A DNA stretch of 64,000 bases, taken from the NCBI GenBank assembly GCA_043228905.1, contig JBHGNT010000016.1, forward strand, positions 8,432,001-8,496,000. The letters run 5' to 3'. The DNA is from Azolla caroliniana. Its lineage: Eukaryota > Plantae > Polypodiophyta. This document shows positions 60,505-64,000 of this stretch, piece by piece. The translations under genes and the position numbers were made by a program. Under the pieces are notes generated by a model that was not told the origin of the DNA, made no database searches, and saw nothing but the letters and a program-made list of their open reading frames with translations. Position 1 is the first letter of the stretch. Each line of letters starts with the position of its first letter.

Positions 60505-63011
60505 CAACTGAGCTTGAGGTTCTTCGAGAATACATTTAGGAGAATCTTGCACATGGGTTTATTCGACATTTAAAGTCTCCAGCCGGTGCTCCTATATTTT
60601 TTGTGAAGAAAAAGGACGGGTTGCTTTGTTTGGTCATGGACTATCGGGGATTAAATAAAGTTAGCATAAGAAATAGGTATGCTCTTCCTTTAATCTCCAG
60701 TCTTTTAGAGCGCATTGGTGGGGCAAAACATTTTACAAAGATTGATTTAAGGGGTGCATATAATCTTGTTCACATTCGACCGGGAGATGAGTGGGAAACG
60801 GCATTTCGCACTCGCTATGGTCATTTCGAGTATACAGTCAAATCTTTTGGGCTCACAAATGCACCCGCAGTTTTCCAACATATGACAAATCACATTTTCC
60901 GGGATTTTTTGGATATCTTTCTCATAATCTATTTAGATGATCTGTTGATTTACTCTAAAACACAGGAGGAGCATGATATACATATCCGGAAAGTAGTTGA
61001 ATGCTTAAGAAAGTATGGTCTATATGCTAAACTTGAGAAGTGTAGTTTTGACAGCGAACAAGTTGAATGCTTAGGTTATACTATTTCATCTAAGGGTATC
61101 TTCATGGATCCAACAAAAGTCAAAACAATATTGGAATGGCAACCCCCACGTTCTGCTCGAGACGTCCAATGCTTCCTCAGATTTGCTAACTTCTATCACA
61201 AATTCATACGGAATTATTCAAAGATGGTGTTGCCTCTCACCCAACTCACCAAGAAGAATCAAGCATTTGTTAGGACTATGGAAGCGGACACATCCTTTAT
61301 TCAGCTCAAAGAGGCATTCACATCAGCTCCTATATTAGCACATATTGATCCCGAAAAGCCATTTACCATTGAAGCGGATGCGTCAGACTTTGCATTGGGG
61401 AGTATCCTATCCCAACCAGGCAAGGATGGGCAGTCCCATCTAGTCGCGTTTCACTCGAGAAAATTTAGTGCTGCGGAGATAAACTATTAGGTGCATGACA
61501 AGGAGTTACTAGCTATGGTTGGCTCTTTTAAGCGATGTCGACATTTCTTGGAAGGATCGCCTCATCAAATCATCATTTATAGTGATCACAAAAATCTTAC
61601 GTATTTTCAAACGGCTCGAGTGTTAAATAGGAGACAAGCCTGGTGGGCACAGTTTCTAACTCGTTTTGATTTCAAGATTGTTTTCTACCTTGGGAAGCAA
61701 CAAGGGAAGCAAGATGCTCTATCTCGACGTTCATATCTCGCACCTTGACCTGGAGATCCGGCCTTCGACAACCAAAAGCAAATTCTACTAGGCCCATCAA
61801 AGCTACAAGGAACAACAGTTTATGCCACGCCGCTGGATTCACGCCTTGTTGATACTATTCGGCAAACACTTCACTCTAATGATTTTGCTAAGGATGTCTC
61901 AGCCCACAGTAGTCCAAGCCATGGATCTTGCTCCACAATGCCAGGTTCATCTCTGAGTCAACATTATCAGGAATTCAAGTGGCAAGATGGCTTACTCTTT
62001 TACAAGAATCTCCTTTACGTCCCTGATGGATCACCCCGCCTTCAAGTATTAGAGCATTGTCATGATGCCCCTATGGCTAGACATTTTGGTATTGCTAAGA
62101 CCATGGAGTTGGTGAAGCACTCGTTTTGGTAGTCTCATTTGCAAAATTTTGTCGAAGATTATGTTCGTACGTGTGAGACCTGTTGTCGAGCCAAAATACC
62201 CAGGCATCATCGTTATGGCTTGTTACAACTATTACAGCTTCCAACCAAGCCACGACAATCTATTTCTATGGATTTGATTACAGATCTGCCACCTTCACAA
62301 GGATTTGATACTATTTTAATAGTAGTGAATCGGTTTACCAAGATGATACATTTTTTACCATGTGTAAAGAGCATCAGTAGTCACGAAACCGCAAATATCA
62401 TTATGCGTGAAGTATTTCGCCATCATGTTCTTCCAGACGATATAATTACTAATCGTGGTCCTCAATTTAACTCTCACTTTTGGAAGGACTTATGGGCAGG
62501 CCTCAAAATATCCTGCAAACTCTCTTCGGCTTATCATCCACAAACCGACAGACATTTTGCTCACTATTACAATAAATATGCAACTGAGCTTAAGGTTCTT
62601 CGAGAATACATCGAGGAGAATCTTGCACATGGGTTTATTCAACATTCAAAGTCTCCATCCGGTGCTCCTATATTTTTTGTGAAGAAAAAGGATGGGTCAC
62701 TTTGTTTGGTCGTGGACTATCGGGGATTAAATAAAGTCAACATAAGAAATAGGTATGCTCTTCCTTTAATCTCCAGTCTTTTAGAGTGCATTGGTGGGGC
62801 AAAACATTTTACAAAGATTGATTTAAGGGGTGCATATAATCTTGTTTGCATTCGACCGGGAGATGAGTGGGAAACGGCATTTCACATTCGCTATGGTCAT
62901 TTCGAGTATATCGTCATGCCTTTTGGGCTCACAAATGCACCCGCAGTTTTCCAACATATGGCAAATGACATTTTCGGGGATTTTTTGGACATCTTTCTCA
63001 TAATCTATTTA
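60505..63011 (+). repeat. Tandem repeats (period 2,076 bp) of the RT-RH-partial INT unit
   Basis: The junction HPQTD(G/R)[13 protein letters not shown](E/K)VLREYI recurs, with caactgagct at 60505 and 62581. Confidence 0.9.
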
Positions 63012-63330
63012 GAATCTCTGTATACGTGTGCCAGGTTTCGGGATCTTCGATGGGTTTTTGTGGTCTTGGTTCCCATAATCTCTTCCATGCAATGGTGCAA
63101 TCGCTACTCATGAGCATATGGTAGAGTTCCCAATATTGAGATGCCTCCCATGCTCGTCTCTTACGACGTGTCATCTTGCATATTTCTTTGAGAGCTTGTA
63201 CTGAGGTAATACTACCACTGAGTTGCGATATTGTAAGTTGTCTATGTAAGTTCCTACAATCCTCATCATACCATCTATTATAGAAGAGTGGTTGCCATTT
63301 CTTACCAGTGTTTGTGTGCAATGCAATGGT
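63012..63330 (-). mobile_element. LINE ORF2 fragment (region upstream of RT)
   Basis: RWYDEDCRNLHRQL...KMTRRKRRAWE resembles the W(F/Y)DxEC linker of LINE ORF2. It may be the 5' part of the LINE cut at 38538. Confidence 0.55.
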
Positions 63331-63816
63331 GATGAAAGACAACTTTCCACTTGAAAAGGTCTAAAAAGACATACTTTACATCTGGTGCACTATGAAAAAA
63401 ATTGAAGCAAGCATATTAGCCTAACCATCTAATTGTATTGTTATCCTTGTTTTCTAGGAAGTTGTTTATTTGCAAACCAATTTCTACTTATATACTCAAC
63501 ATTTTTACGAGCACATCACAATATTATCAATGATCATCTTTATTGAGATTCATATATGTTGTTTGGTATACGCAGAGCCATAACATAGTGACATTACAAG
63601 CAATACAAGACAAATATACAATGACTCGTTTGATGAGTGGCCATAACTCATACACTTACTCTTCCAACAAACGTTTCATTGCCCTTTCCTCTTTATGTTA
63701 ACATTTTTTGTTATCGATATGAATAGGTTTAACATGTTGTATGCCATTTCCCTTACATAGAATGATCCTTTTTTCCGTCTTAAGTAGTGTATAGATTAAA
63801 ACCCTTGCGAGATAAT

Positions 63817-64000
63817 GTTACAACTAGGGTAGAGAATTAAGAGGATGAATGAATAATGTAGGCTAGAGGGCTTGAGACTGGTGTTGAACCGGAATGACTT
63901 GGAAATAGTGAGGGGCTTCAATTTATAAGAGCAGGTGATACCGCTATCGTGAATCTATAGAAAGATATTTCCCATTTGGAGCTTATGACGAGTAGCATGT
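63817..64000 (-). mobile_element. Edge of another chromovirus-type LTR
   Basis: Starts TGTTACA and contains gcttgagactggtgttgaacc, similar to ggcttaagactgacgttgaacc in the LTR at ~11047. Confidence 0.5.

Larger units (their letters stand above)
38539..63011 (+). mobile_element. Decayed Tcn1/Tf1-like Gypsy element: 5' LTR 38539-39051, gag, PR, RT-RH-INT. Hosts nested insertions; pol is tandemly repeated and no 3' LTR is visible
   Basis: Gag (PKISLPAKFDG, PMEID, LCLYCGGLGHIAIHC), protease (ALLDTRA), RT (YLDDLLIYS), RNase H (EADASDFALG) and integrase (CHDAP..HFG, CETC) motifs, with many stops. Interrupted at 41247-48945 and 50446-60092. Confidence 0.9.

Overview
Repeat-dense nuclear DNA from a land plant. 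A non-seed plant such as a fern is likely, inferred from Tcn1/Tf1-like chromoviruses, RTE-like LINEs and the PPR fragment style. Most of the window is nested, decayed LTR retrotransposons (chromoviral Gypsy, a tRNA-Trp-primed Gypsy, Copia), LINE fragments and solo LTRs. These surround two host loci: a probably pseudogenised RPA2/RPA32 gene (23.8-27.4 kb) and an intact three-exon MBD-domain gene (30.1-33.5 kb). The standout is an apparently intact 7,699-bp cut-and-paste DNA transposon (41247-48945; 33-bp perfect TIRs, 4-bp ATAG TSD) inserted in a Gypsy RT. It encodes an 891-aa Sola-like DDD transposase with a C-terminal BAH/Tudor-like module. Head-to-head with it lies a six-exon gene (968 aa by manual splicing) fusing a ParB/Srx-like domain to a prokaryote-type beta-class N6-adenine/N4-cytosine DNA methyltransferase, with a palindromic 51-bp tandem array in intron 1. 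Secondary signals are antisense tRNA-like Pol III A/B-box modules in the U3 of LTRs from two different Gypsy lineages, a Tf1-type self-priming PBS, and a 2,076-bp tandem pol array. All calls come from reading the sequence by eye; no database searches were run.
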